A DNA stretch of 64,000 nucleotides, from assembly GCA_051294375.1 (NCBI GenBank), contig CM119267.1:21521755-21585754 (forward strand). The letters are read 5' to 3'. The notes beneath the pieces are model-generated. The model was given only the letters and a program-made list of their open reading frames with translations, did no database searches and was not told the origin of the DNA. The translations under genes and the position numbers were made by a program. Shown piece after piece: positions 12,443 through 23,721 of this stretch (the stretch's first letter is position 1; each line of letters opens with the position of its first letter). This DNA is from Paraspadella gotoi (taxonomy: Eukaryota; Animalia; Chaetognatha).

Positions 12443-13549
12443 TGAGGAGGAGGGGCTTCGCCTCCTGCATCTTCTTCCTCCCCATTCCTCGTCCTCTTCC
12501 TCACGGGGCTCGTTGATTTCACGATTTCACTTTTACACCTTTCTCCCGTACTTCTTACATTTTGCTGATTACTGGACGCCTCTCTCTCAATAAACGCTTT
12601 ACCTTTTATTTCCCGTTCTATTATTTCACGAGGATACTTATTCCAAGGTGGCGCCCAATGTGCTGTCTTGTACATTAACCACCTTTCCACCCTGTATTCC
12701 TGAAGACTTTCTTTTCATATTTTTCGCTCTTTTTTTTTGGCATAAAAAAAATATATCAATTTAATCATGAAGAAGAAAAAGAGAAAAAAATGTTACTTAA
12801 TGTAACAACTGAAATTTTTTTATAAAAAAAAAAAAAAAAATTATCTCTTCTTCATTTTCTCTCTTCGTCTGTCTTGATTCATTCTGATTTCATTCTGAAT
12901 CACATCGTCGCCGTCTCTACCCACCCTTGTTGCCTTTTTGAACGGAGTGAAGAAGGAAGAAAGGAAGGCAGGGCTGAAGGCGTTAATCTTTTTTTTCCTC
13001 AGGAACGCCAAAGGGAAACGTCGCTTTCCCTGGACTTCTCTGCCAAGAGAAGGGCCTCGCCGAAGAGAGAGAAAGGGAAACGTCGTTTTTCCCCGGACTT
13101 CTCTGTCGAGAGAAGGGCCCTGCCGAAGAAAAGAAAGAGAAGGGAAACGACGTTTTTCCCTGGACTTCTCTGCCAAGAGAAGGGCCTCGCTGAAGAAAAG
13201 AAAGAGAAGGGAAACGACGTTTTTCCCTGGACTTCTCCGTCGAGAGAAGGGCCCTGCAGAAGAAAAGAAAGAGAGAAGGGAAACGACGTTTTTCCCTGGA
13301 CTTCTCTGCCAAGAGAAGGGCCTCGCTAAAGAAAGAGAGAAGGGAAACGTCGTTCTCTTCGCCTCCTGCATCTTCTTCCTCCCCATTCCTCGTCCTCTTC
13401 CTCACGGGGCTCGTTGATTTCACGATTTCACTTTTACACCTTTCTCCCGTACTTCTTACATTTTGCTGATTACTGGACGCCTCTCTCTCAATAAACGCTT
13501 TACCTTTTATTTCCCGTTCTATTATTTCACGAGGATACTTATTCCAAGG
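12443..13549 (+). mobile_element. Non-autonomous LTR-like (TRIM-type) element: 193-bp direct terminal repeats, tRNA-Lys PBS, internal tandem array
   Basis: 12456-12648 is identical to 13357-13549 and contains AATAAA. TGGCGCCCAATGTG at 12649 directly follows the first repeat and resembles the tRNA-Lys(CTT) primer-binding site TGGCGCCCAACGTG. There is no credible coding ORF, and both sides are flanked by (ATT)n. Confidence 0.7.
13010..13350. repeat. Five ~62-69-bp tandem units, each with two hairpins, alternating A/B/A/B/A
   Basis: Unit: aagggaaacgacgtttttccc-tgga-cttctc(tgccaa or ygtcga)gagaag-ggcc(tcgc or ctgc)-purine linker. Confidence 0.9.
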
Positions 13550-13733
13550 ATTATTATTATTGAGCGAACTAGCCAGTAAAGTATTAAGTGAAAAGAGAAC
13601 AGGCAGATTTCCGCTTTAGGGATTTTTCATTCGAATCCATAGAAAAAATAACGACAAAAATTGAAGAGCAAAAACTCATCAACAAGTTGACCAATTTCCG
13701 CTTTGCCGAGCTCGTCGTCACAACCGGTTAAAG

Positions 13734-15381
13734 ATGGCGGACGACATCCGGGTAGAAGACATGGACCCAGAGATGATTCGCGAGTTCAAAGTCGCCTTCA
13801 AGGTCGTTGTTATTGTGGTTCGACACAAGTTTTTTAATTCACACGGGGAAATTTTGATAAATTGAAAATCGAAACGCTCCGTTTCACAGCTTTTCGATTA
13901 TCACGACGTGGGAGCGATTCGAGCCGACGAACTCGGGACGGTGATGCGGTCCTTGGGTCAGGATCCTTCGCCCGAAGAGTTGCAGTGAGTCGTTTGTGAG
14001 TGGCGGTGAAATGAAGTGAAAACGAGCGAAAAAAATAGCAGTGAGACTTCTGGAGAAGCGCTTTTATGAGCGATGTGGCCGATAACATATTAATTATTTA
14101 AAGAGATTTATTTATACCCCTGAGTTATTTAATCTTTTGAGTCGCTGCTGCGGATAGATATCAGCGAAGCAAATATTAACCAAAAAAGAATTTAAAAAAA
14201 TACAAAACCCATCACTCAATGTCGTTAAATTTGGTCCCCAAACTCTCAAGAAAAGGCCCGATAAAAAAAAAACAAAAAACAATTCAATACGATAACGATA
14301 TTATTTTATTATCAATACCGACACGGACGCCATCTTCAATCCAAAGACAAATGATAGACGAGGCCGACACGAGCGGCGATAACGAGATCGACTTTGACGA
14401 GTTCTGCGTCCTCATGTGGAACAAGTTGAGGCAGACGGACGTGCAGGAGGAGCAACGCAAGGCCTTCAGGATTTTCGACAAGGACGGCGACGGATACATC
14501 AGGTGGAAGAGGGGGATGTGGAAGGGGGTGGGGGATGGGTGGGTTGTGGAGTGGAGGGTGTTGAGTGGAGTCGTGAAGGGTTGGAAGGAGTGGAGAGGTC
14601 ATTATTTTAATTCTATTCCGTTTTATTTTATTGGATTTCTTACAAGTTTGTCAAATTTCTTACAATTTCTTACATTTTCAAATTTATTCAATTTTTTTAG
14701 TCCATTTCTTTCAGTTACGTTCCATTCAAATTTATTTATTTCGTTCCATTTATTCAATTCTATTGACCTTTCGGCGTGGAAGATTCGTAGAACACGCCAT
14801 GAGTCAATTTACATATTATAATTTTTTAAAAAAAAACGACTCTTGGTTTTAATTTAAATGATGAACTCTTTGTTTCAATAAATTATAAAAAAACTTTTCG
14901 ATGCTCTGAAAAAAATCCATATGAGATATAAAAAAGAAGCCTAATTGTTGTTAATTTCACAATTAAAATAAATTCATAAATCAATAAGAAAACGTCTAAA
15001 AACTTTTGATACTAAAAAAAGATATCCTGTTGGGTTGGTCCGTTTACCGTTTCGCATTCACTTATAAAAACCCTTAAGCGTAGTGTCGACATTTATGTCA
15101 GTAATGTTATACATTACTGTCATGCTGAGATATATATATTGTTTCAATTATCTCCAGTCCCCTCGAATTGTACAACGTGATGGTGGATTTGGGCAACGTC
15201 GTCACCGACGAAGAAATCGCCGAGATGATCAAAGAAGCCGACAGGGTGAGTTGTGACTCAAAAGTCAATGGAAATTATTTAAAATATAAATATTTCATAT
15301 TCATTACTTCAGGATGGAAACGGTCTCATCGACTTCTACGAGTTTTCAATGATGCTAGCTGGCGGTGCTCTTCACTTGTAA
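13734..15381 (+). CDS. Calmodulin-like four-EF-hand protein (exons 13734-13802, 13890-13984, 14347-14502, 15158-15245, 15313-15381)
   Basis: [78 protein letters not shown]...[58 protein letters not shown]. Calmodulin architecture, but clearly divergent from true CaM. Confidence 0.92.
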
Positions 15382-16063
15382 ACTGAACTCATTGTCTATC
15401 ACAGGATTAATGTTAGTTTTATCTTTTATTGTGGAGAAACACAATTTTACTGAAAAAAAATATTAATAGATTCGTTAACAAATGGATTCATAAAACGCTA
15501 GTGATTAAAAGATTAAAGGTTTTTCGATTTCTTTTTTAGAAATTTGATTTATTTTGAAACAAAAGAGAATTTTATTGATTAAAATATATTGATAGTTAAA
15601 AACTTTCTACATGTTGTAAACAAAAATTCCCAAAGTAGGATGTACGTCTTCAACGTCTGGTAAGCATAATAAAATGAAAGCCACTTTTACCGTACAAAAT
15701 ATGACTTTTTTGCCTATTATATAATAAACTATATGGTACATCCTTCCTCCTTAAATTTTTAAATGCGTCCAAAATAAAAGGAGAGTACTTTCAGTGTCAT
15801 GAGGTAAATCTAAAGGAAGAGAAGACAATTGGAAAAGCAGTAAAAGAGATAGCAAAGAAGTTCTGGTCTCTTGTCTACTAAATATGGCTTAGTACAAGGC
15901 TTGTAGAAATGACAACAAGTTTAAAATCTATAATCTATTCTATACAAATAGATGTCATAGATTCTCAGATCCATAAAAAGAAACAAAATTCGACACCCAG
16001 TTTTTTTAAATCCTTGATTGAGATTACGAGGTAAAATCATAAAATAACAAAGAGGTACATTGG

Positions 16064-16320
16064 TTTTTAGTCGGATCTGCTTAGCAGATCCCGACTCTAG
16101 AATTCACTTTGTCGGTCCGTCGGTCCGCCCCCTCAATATTGTCGGGCACTAACTTATATTATGTCAGAACATCGAATTATGATAAATTATGCAAAAAAAT
16201 AAAAAAATAATTAACTTGAATAAATTAATTATTAATTAAATAATTAATTAACTTGAATTAATTGTTAATTAATTAATTAATTAATTACCGATAATGATCG
16301 TGAGCAGATCCGACATTGTT
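16064..16320 (+). mobile_element. Helentron-associated (HINE/DINE-1-like) non-autonomous element
   Basis: Starts TTTTTAGTCGGATCTGCT-T-AGCAGATCCCGACTCTA (5' palindrome), followed by a GTCGGTCC microsatellite. A sub-terminal inverted copy AGCAGATCCGAC lies at 16303-16314, and the element ends in TT. Confidence 0.6.
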
Positions 16321-16551
16321 TAATTTATAGCTACAAATGCTGAACAAATTTTGTACGAAATAATATTTCTGCTTTGCCCATTAAGAGCCCACGCCGGTTT
16401 TTTTAAATACGGTATTAAACTTACTTCGTCCCAGAACGTAAAAGCTTGAGTATTGTACAATGTACATTGTACAATCTTCAATTACGAAAACACGAGAAAA
16501 CGAAAGATCAAACCCCCGGATGTCATACAAAGTTACAATAAATCTTTCAAT

Positions 16552-19500
16552 TTAATAAGAAGGACCGAAAGAAGTCTCCGATCTATTAATCCACGGCGCG
16601 TTGTTGGCGCCGGGATAAGGCGGCGCCGGCGGCTGGGATAAAGGCTGCATCGACGGCGCCGCCGTGGAATGACCGACGGCGCTGTGATAATCCGGCGGAG
16701 CGTTGTTGACGAAAGTCGGATTGGAGTGACCCGTCACAGGGACGACGCTCGATTCTGCCTGGCGGCGACGAAGCTCCCGAAGGTTCTTTTGTTGACGCGA
16801 TCGTCGGTAGACGCAGTAGCAGATGATGATGAGGACGACGACGGCGACGCAGCTCAAAACGATGACTGTTGAAGAGAAGTGTTTTTGGATTTACATAATA
16901 TAAAAAAAATAAATAAAAAAAAAAACACCTTTCTGTTATCATAAGGTTATATATTCTACATATAAGTATTATGTTACATGATTTATCATTATTTAATTTT
17001 CATTTTTATTAAATTTACTCTAGGTTTTATTTAATAATCTTAGTGACAATTAAATGGCAGAAAGTTTCTAGTCAGTCTATTCACATGAAGCCGCAAAAAC
17101 TTGCGCCCTAGTTTGAGAACTGCTGAGAGATTGAGTTTAAGTTATATTAATATATTCAATTATTGATTAATGAATATATTGAATAATCCTCTAATCATCC
17201 TTACAATTGCTCCAAACTTACCCCACTATTCATTGCCTCAGTCTAAAACTTACCAACAATGTGCCAAGGCTCTAGCGGCGTTGGTGGTGACTCGTAGCCA
17301 GGTGGCAGCGCCGTGACATTGACTTCGACGACGCAGGTCATCGGCCAAGCCTGCTCCTTCTTCACGTAGCACATCTTCGACACTCCTTTATCCTCCTATC
17401 GTGAGATTTTGTGAAAGATTGACGAATGAAGAAAAGCGTGAATAATATAGAGCCAAAGTCAGCCATAGACAAAACATCTACAGCCGGTTGGTGAGATGAT
17501 TGGCTCCATCTTTACCATTTTTTAAATTTTCTTTAATTTGTGTTTTTCATTCTTAAACATAACAACAATCTTATGAACAAACAACAACAACGTCCCGTAC
17601 GTTCTTGACGACGCCGCAGATCTCTCCGATGGCGCAACACCAATCCCACGCCTCCTCGTTTGGTTTGACCCAGCACCATCCGTAAGAGACGCTGTCCTCG
17701 TTGCAGGGTCCGTGGCACTGGTAGTTGTTGAGACTTCGGTCGACCACGTCGGGATTGCAAGGATGTTCGCGCTGCTCGCACACTGTGTACTGACAGTTCT
17801 TGCCGCAATCTACCGCGTTACGAAGAAAAATAATTAAAAAATATATATATATAAATGATAATATAAAAAAATATATAAAATATATCGGGAATCTCAGTTT
17901 AGTTAAACCCAAATTAGTTCATAAACCCGGGATCCCGATGTAATTAAATTTAGTAAACATAAAACTTATGGTGGACTAAAATCCACAAACCGTTCATCAG
18001 CGGCCATTGGTCCCGGAGGCAAGTCATTCGCCTCCCAACCCAAAAGTCCGGGGTTCTAGCCCGGTGGCCGCCTAGCAGTTAAGAGGGACGGGGCGCTTAA
18101 CCCGCCTGATCCGAAGCTCAGGGACTGCTTATATTGAACGCTTCTGTCATTAACACTTATCAATAATTCCTGTCTCTTCAAACTAAACATTAAATCGCTT
18201 CTGTATGGAATTGGTACAACTCATATAAAATTATCCATTCATTAATTAAACAAGCTTTATCTTGCCCCTGATTATGGACAAGCTGTGGCGGGTTTAGATC
18301 TCTCTCCCTTTTACAAGATATCAACATATTAAGACACGACAATCAAGACTTTCTCCCAGTCTTGTCTAGTCCAAAGTGGTTGCGTTTCCTACCAATGAAG
18401 TGGGATAATTTTTGATTAAACTGCATGAAAGGAATACACCCTTAAGTTTTAGTTTAGGGAATACTATGTACTATGTACTAGTACTATGTACTATAGTATG
18501 TAGTGTATATATATCATATATATATAAGTTTAAGAAAGATTCGACTCACTTCTTTGCTCGTCCTTGCAAGCGTCGCAGGAGTTAAAGTAGTAACCTTGGT
18601 CTTTGTATTCCCAATTTTTGCCGCATTGAAAATCGGGGAAGCAGCAGTGATCCCAATTCTCGTGACTCTTGTCCAACCAACACCATTGGTAACTGGAAAA
18701 GATTTGAAAGGGTATTGAAAAAAGGAATTGTTTATATATTTTCAACATTTATATTTTTTATTAGGAAATGAAATTAATTAAAGTAAATAAAATTATATAT
18801 ATTATATATAATATTCATTTGTGAGTTTCCTAACACTAACTAATACGTAATCATAAAAAGAAGAGTGAGAGAAAGTAACCAACTCACAACCTCAGTCTCA
18901 GAGGCATACACGGACAAAATTCCCAACAGAGGATGACACAGATCAACAGACCCACTTTGCCCTTTCCCTACCCTACCCGTCTCGACCCCCCACCCTACCA
19001 CGAATCCTTCCCCTCCCGCCCTTCTCCAACGATCAAACTTACTTTTCCCTGTAGAATCCGCAATATTCTCCCTCGGCACAGGGTCTTCCAGAGAGCGTGG
19101 TGGCGAGCGCCTGGCGCCGACACCTTTTGGAGTCTTCCGACAGCGACGTGGAAGCGACGACGTTGCAGTAGGACTCGTTGGACTTGTGTTCCAGAGTGAC
19201 GCAACCGGGATTGTCATTGCAGCAAGTCTCCCAGCGATCACCGTCGACGTAGCAGTAGTATTGGGAGTAGCTAGAAGGGAGTGAAATTAATTAAACGAAA
19301 CAGTTAATTCATGGTTTCGAACTTTCGATAAATCATTCATCAAATTTAAAAAATCAAATAAAAGATATCTAAAAAATAAAAAATAAACATTGTTTATTTG
19401 TTTATTTACTGTGTATTTGACCTTTGATAAATTATCATTTTCTGTATTTAAATCGTCTTATTAAACAAACAAAGAAACAAAGAGAAAAAAAACACAAATA

Positions 19501-20050
19501 AAACATGTCAAACTGAAGAGACAGAAACAATAGTTATGATTTAGTGACAGAACCGTTCATTATAAGCAGTCCCTGAGCTTGGGATCAGGCTGTGTAACAC
19601 TTCGTAACAGGCGGGTGAAGCGACCCGTATCTCTTAACTGTTAGGCGGCCACCGGGCTAAAACCCCTGCACCAATGGCCGCTGATGAACGGTCGGTGGAT
19701 TTTAGTCCACGATAAAACAAATAAATTTAATTAGATGGAGAAATAAGTGTACAAAGTAGAAGGGTTTTTATTTTCTTTCAACAACGTTTGATTTAATTAA
19801 TCGGACTTGTTTCGGTTTATCATTACAACGAGAAATAATACATTTTCTCACAAAAAATATTTTTTTACACTCCCCTCATTTACTCATTATTGTGACACTT
19901 GCTTCCCCCTCGACATTTGACCCCGGACCGCGTCTGCGTCACCGAAATTGTCGCGCGTTTTTGACGGGACGATTCACCGACGACGACGACGACGACGACG
20001 ACAAAAACAACGACGAAAAATCCGCATGACTTGTCGAGTTTTGAAAACAT
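16552..20050 (-). CDS. Type-I membrane protein with three Cys-rich extracellular repeats and a PY-motif tail (exons 20050-19884, 19270-19043, 18692-18550, 17809-~17601, ~17395-17253, ~16866-16552)
   Basis: Signal peptide (poly-Val) followed by RQKR. Three repeats of the form T/S..G/N..C...C......Y.WC......WD.CC....C. TM segment VIVLSCVAVVVLIIICYCVY followed by RRSR. The tail has PPDY and PPAPPY. Intron phases are consistent. Confidence 0.8.
17971..18153 (-). mobile_element. Short interspersed element (copy 1) with sub-terminal IR, terminal hairpin and internal tRNA-like segment
   Basis: Reverse-complement homolog of 19540-19712. Terminal hairpin GTGGA-CTAAAA-TCCAC. The segment 18000-18071 has a 7-bp acceptor-like stem GCGGCCA/TGGCCGC and a GGTTC T-loop-like motif. 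Confidence 0.65.
19540..19712 (+). mobile_element. Short interspersed element (copy 2), inverted relative to copy 1
   Basis: ACCGTTCAT (19552-19560) and ATGAACGGT (19684-19692) form a sub-terminal IR, followed by the hairpin GTGGA-TTTTAG-TCCAC. The middle of the tRNA-like part is deleted. Confidence 0.65.
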
Positions 20051-20379
20051 TTTTTTTTTTTTTTTGATAAAACGGAGATCAACTTCGTGAGCGAAGTTTT
20101 CGATTGAGTTTACAAAAGTTTGTAGTTTTATTGTCAGCGATGACTAAGCAGTCAGCAGTTCTTTTTTATGTCTTCAGAATGCTTTTAGAATGTCTTCAGA
20201 ATGCTTTTATTTCGTTTTTCCCCCCCGTTTTCAGTTTTCATAATCGAGAAAAACAAATAGAAAACGAGGTTTGGAGATCCTTCGTTCTTGATACGAAGTA
20301 AGGAGGAGGAGGAGGAAGAAGAAGAGGAGGAAGAGAAGAGAGAGTAGAAACCGGGAGAGAGCGAAAGGTAGGTGCTACC

Positions 20380-20387
20380 TGACGTCA
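20380..20387. promoter_or_regulatory. Perfect CRE palindrome in the divergent promoter region between the Cys-repeat gene and TPPP
   Basis: TGACGTCA, just downstream of a likely TPPP 5'UTR exon donor (AAG|GTAGGT at ~20367). A single 8-mer is weak evidence. Confidence 0.3.
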
Positions 20388-21100
20388 TTGGGTTAGGTCT
20401 CATGACCCGAAAAAATCAAGCAGCAGCAGCTGCAGAGGAATAAAAGGCGATCTCGTTGATAAACCCGGTTTCGAAATAAATTTTTGTTATCGGCTTAAAA
20501 AAGTTAAAAGAAGTTAAATTTAGTCATTTTTCAAAAAAATTTAGGCAAGTCAAGTTTGCTTCGCTCTAAACTAACCGAGCAATACGTTGTCTTAAAAGTT
20601 TAATCGATAAAATATTTTTTAGTTTTAAACTTCATTTATTAAAAATAAAAAAGAAAAGTTAACTTTATGTCTTAGCAAAAAAAAAAGTGTGATGAAAGGA
20701 GAATTTCAAGCTACTTTATTCAAATATGGCAACCAGAAATAGTGATGTCTTAGTCTCTCTAAGTACTCCTAACGATTAAAGACAAATTTATGTCATAAAC
20801 TAAATCCATTGAATCCTTTAGCCCATTTGTTCTGACACCGTGATATATCAATAGCGATATCAAACCTTTCCGACTCGAAAAACTAATTCATATTGGATGG
20901 ATAGGATGGATAATAAACAATTTTGAAAATTAACAAGATCGCTATTATTTATAAATATTTACCAGATTCCCACGTTAGAATTTTGGCTTTAGAAAGAGTC
21001 CGTACCCTCTTTTACATCCTTTTCCTTTTTTTTTTATAACTAGCTTTAATTTTTTTGCTTTTTCTTGTTTGTTTCTTTTCTTTTTTTTTGCGTTAGAATC

Positions 21101-22526
21101 ATGAGTGACGCGGAGCTGAAGCCCATCTTCATGGCCTTTGCCAATCAGGGCAAAAGTGGGGCCAAGGTAACGAAAAAGAGACGGACGTAGGGACAATTAG
21201 TAAAAAAAAAAGTGACTGACGTGTTTGAGAGAAAAGAAAAACAACAACTGATAAACAAAACAAAAAAATATTCGGAAGAGGCCGATGCAGATTCTATTAG
21301 GTTTCTATTAAGTTTCCAACTCTCCTTTCTTTTCCCTCGGTTATCAACTTCCTTTTCCTCCACCGACCTCCATTTTTCTTTTTGCAGGTGGAAGAGCTCG
21401 ACAACAAGAATTGGACCAAGATGGCCAAGGATTGCGGCCTCTACAACAAGAACTGCACCTCGACCGACGGCGACATCACCTTCCAGAAATATTGCGGCAA
21501 CAAGGCCAAGGCCATCAACTACGAGATCTTCTGCAAGTTCATCGACGAGTTGGCGCAAAAGTATTACAAGGGCGATCCCGACGCCTCGCAGAAATACAGG
21601 CAGCTCATCATCGAGAAGGTTGAGTGAGAGGGGGGGGCAAGAAATTGGGGTGTGGAGCGTGATATAGGGGGGGGAGAGGGAAAGGAGAAGACGGTGGCGC
21701 TTAAGATAGAGAGAAAGATAAAAAAAATGCTCCTTTCGATTTTTTAAACCTAGAATTTAATTTTAACCTTAATATTTTATTTAAATATGTTCATAAACAT
21801 ATTTACCAATTTATAACCATAATCCCTAACCTTAATCCATAATCCTGACACTAAACCTTAATTTTTAATCCTAACCCGTAACCCTAAATGCTAGTTACTT
21901 ATCTAAATCCCTAATCCTAATCGCAAACCAAATCCCTAATCTTAATCACTAAGTTAATCACTAAGTTAATCCTTACCACTAACTTTAAATCCAATTTTTA
22001 ACTAAAAAAAATTAAACCATTGCCAAATTTAATATAAAATGGAGCGTTCTGGGAATATATGGCCTAAACTTTTAGCCCTATTTTTTTTTCCGTCCGCCAG
22101 GGTGGACCAGAGGCTCACGGAACCAAAGTGGCGACGGGCAACAACGTGGGAAAGATGACGGACACCAGCCAATACACGGGTAAGCGATGGCTGCGGCCGC
22201 GCGGCTCCGCGGCGTTCGGCCTCCTCGGCTTCCGGCTGCGCCGTGCATCGCTGATGTCGCTTCGGAAATTCCTTCTCTCGTTGATGAATTAATGAGAAAA
22301 TTGCAATCGAAATGTAATTTCATTGGAAGAAAATTGTTTACTTCATTAGTTTATTAGTTTCGCTTGTCAAATTTTCGATGTTCTTTTTTTTTTTTTTTTT
22401 ACACATGTTTTGCCATCTCCGTCATTGTTGAAATTCGTAAACGAAATAATTCGGTTGACAACTAGAGAATTTCGTTTCTCACGCGTCATGGGGCTTGGTT
22501 CTATTGCTTGCTTACTCTTTCGTTTA

Positions 22527-22581
<55 letters not shown>

Positions 22582-22727
22582 CTCTCTCGTCTGCTCCCCC
22601 CACAGGCGCCCACAAGGAACGATTCGACGAATCGGGCAAAGGAAAGGGCAAAGACGGACGGGAGGACATCGCCGCCAACGACGGTTACGTGCAAGGCTAC
22701 AAGGGGAAGGACACTTACGGAAAATAG
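21101..22727 (+). CDS. TPPP: Tubulin polymerization-promoting protein (p25-alpha family; exons 21101-21166, 21388-21618, 22101-22179, 22606-22727)
   Basis: ...[16 protein letters not shown]...TSTDGDITF...[49 protein letters not shown]. The HKERFDxxGKGKGxxGR and GYVxGYK motifs are p25-alpha hallmarks. Confidence 0.96.
21750..22010. repeat. Degenerate TAACCC-like array inside an intronic element (related tracts at ~9340-9490, ~27820-27880, ~36100-36290)
   Basis: ccctaaccttaatccataatcctgacactaaaccttaa...cctaacccgtaaccctaa: imperfect telomere-like hexamers. Confidence 0.6.
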
Positions 22728-23685
22728 GCGGTCGCAGCGGCGGTCGCTAGGGCGTCGGCGGCGGTCGCGGCGGCGTCGGCGGCGGAGAGGCAGAGAGGAA
22801 GACGTTTGACCGTTCGCCCGTCATTCCCCGGTCGTTGCCAGTAGTAGGCGGTCGTTGCCATTCGTCGCCATTCGCGTTGCTCTCGATTCTCTACTTTTTA
22901 GGAATAAAAAATATTTTTGGCTGCTCTCTCCTTTCATCCTTGGGTTTTCCTGGAATTTCTTTAGCAGTGAGATTCATTCAACTTCATGAGTTGTGACTTG
23001 TGAAATACACGGAGGAAGTTATCGCTTCGTATTCGATCGCGTTGTTTCTATTCATTGATCAGAATGCTTTCGTCATGGAAACGTAAGTTCGATGAGGAGT
23101 CAAGAACCTCCGCGCGTGAAGGCGTCCTAGTTGGACTATGGAATTGGTACAACCAATATAAACTCAAAAGGCTAGATTTAAATTGAGCCGATGGTTTATG
23201 AATGTCATAATTTAAATAAATGAATGAATGAATGAATGAATGAATGAATGAATGAATGAATGACATAATGACATAATCTGTTCAAATATCTCTAAAGTCT
23301 AATTCGTACGAGAAACACTCTTCCAACTTATCAATGTCGTTGTCGTTGTCGTTTTTGTTGTTATCGTGAATTGAGTGATTTCGTAACTGATTCTGAATAT
23401 TTCGAGAAAATCGTGTCTCACGCCGAAAACGTAATCAAGTTTTTCACGTGAGGTTGTAAAGGATAACTGATAACTGTCAAGGATAAGTATTACAGGTAAA
23501 ATTAGATATCAAGATTAACAAGTGAGTCAACACGACTATCGATTTTTGCTTCCTGCTTCGCTTTCCCCAAATATTAAATTGCGGAGCGACAAATAAAAAT
23601 GCACAAACACGTTTGAACGATTCTGTTGCTCTGTTTGGATAATTTGCAAAAATGTCGCGACGGTAACCTGCCACAATGCCACGCA

Positions 23686-23721
<36 letters not shown>

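Noticed and set aside
13185-13220. Hammerhead ribozyme core (CTGAAGA...GAAAC), retrozyme idea
   Set aside because: The intervening sequence is all purine and cannot form stem II, and the motif is not kept in the other units.
13010-13350. CRISPR-like array
   Set aside because: The units are tandem repeats without unique spacers, there are no cas genes, and the context is eukaryotic.
12841-13423. Four overlapping ORFs of 146-181 aa
   Set aside because: Stop-free readings of the tandem array on both strands, with no gag/pol motifs.
18000-18071. Functional tRNA-Gly(CCC) gene
   Set aside because: The acceptor stem pairs, but the D, anticodon and T arms are degenerate and it lies inside a repeated element.
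19675-19720. Hammerhead ribozyme (CTGATGA followed by a hairpin)
   Set aside because: There is no GAAA after the stem in either copy. A sub-terminal IR plus terminal hairpin explains it better.
21750-22010. Interstitial telomere or chromosome fusion site
   Set aside because: The hexamers are highly degenerate and similar tracts recur in several introns, which fits an internal transposon repeat.
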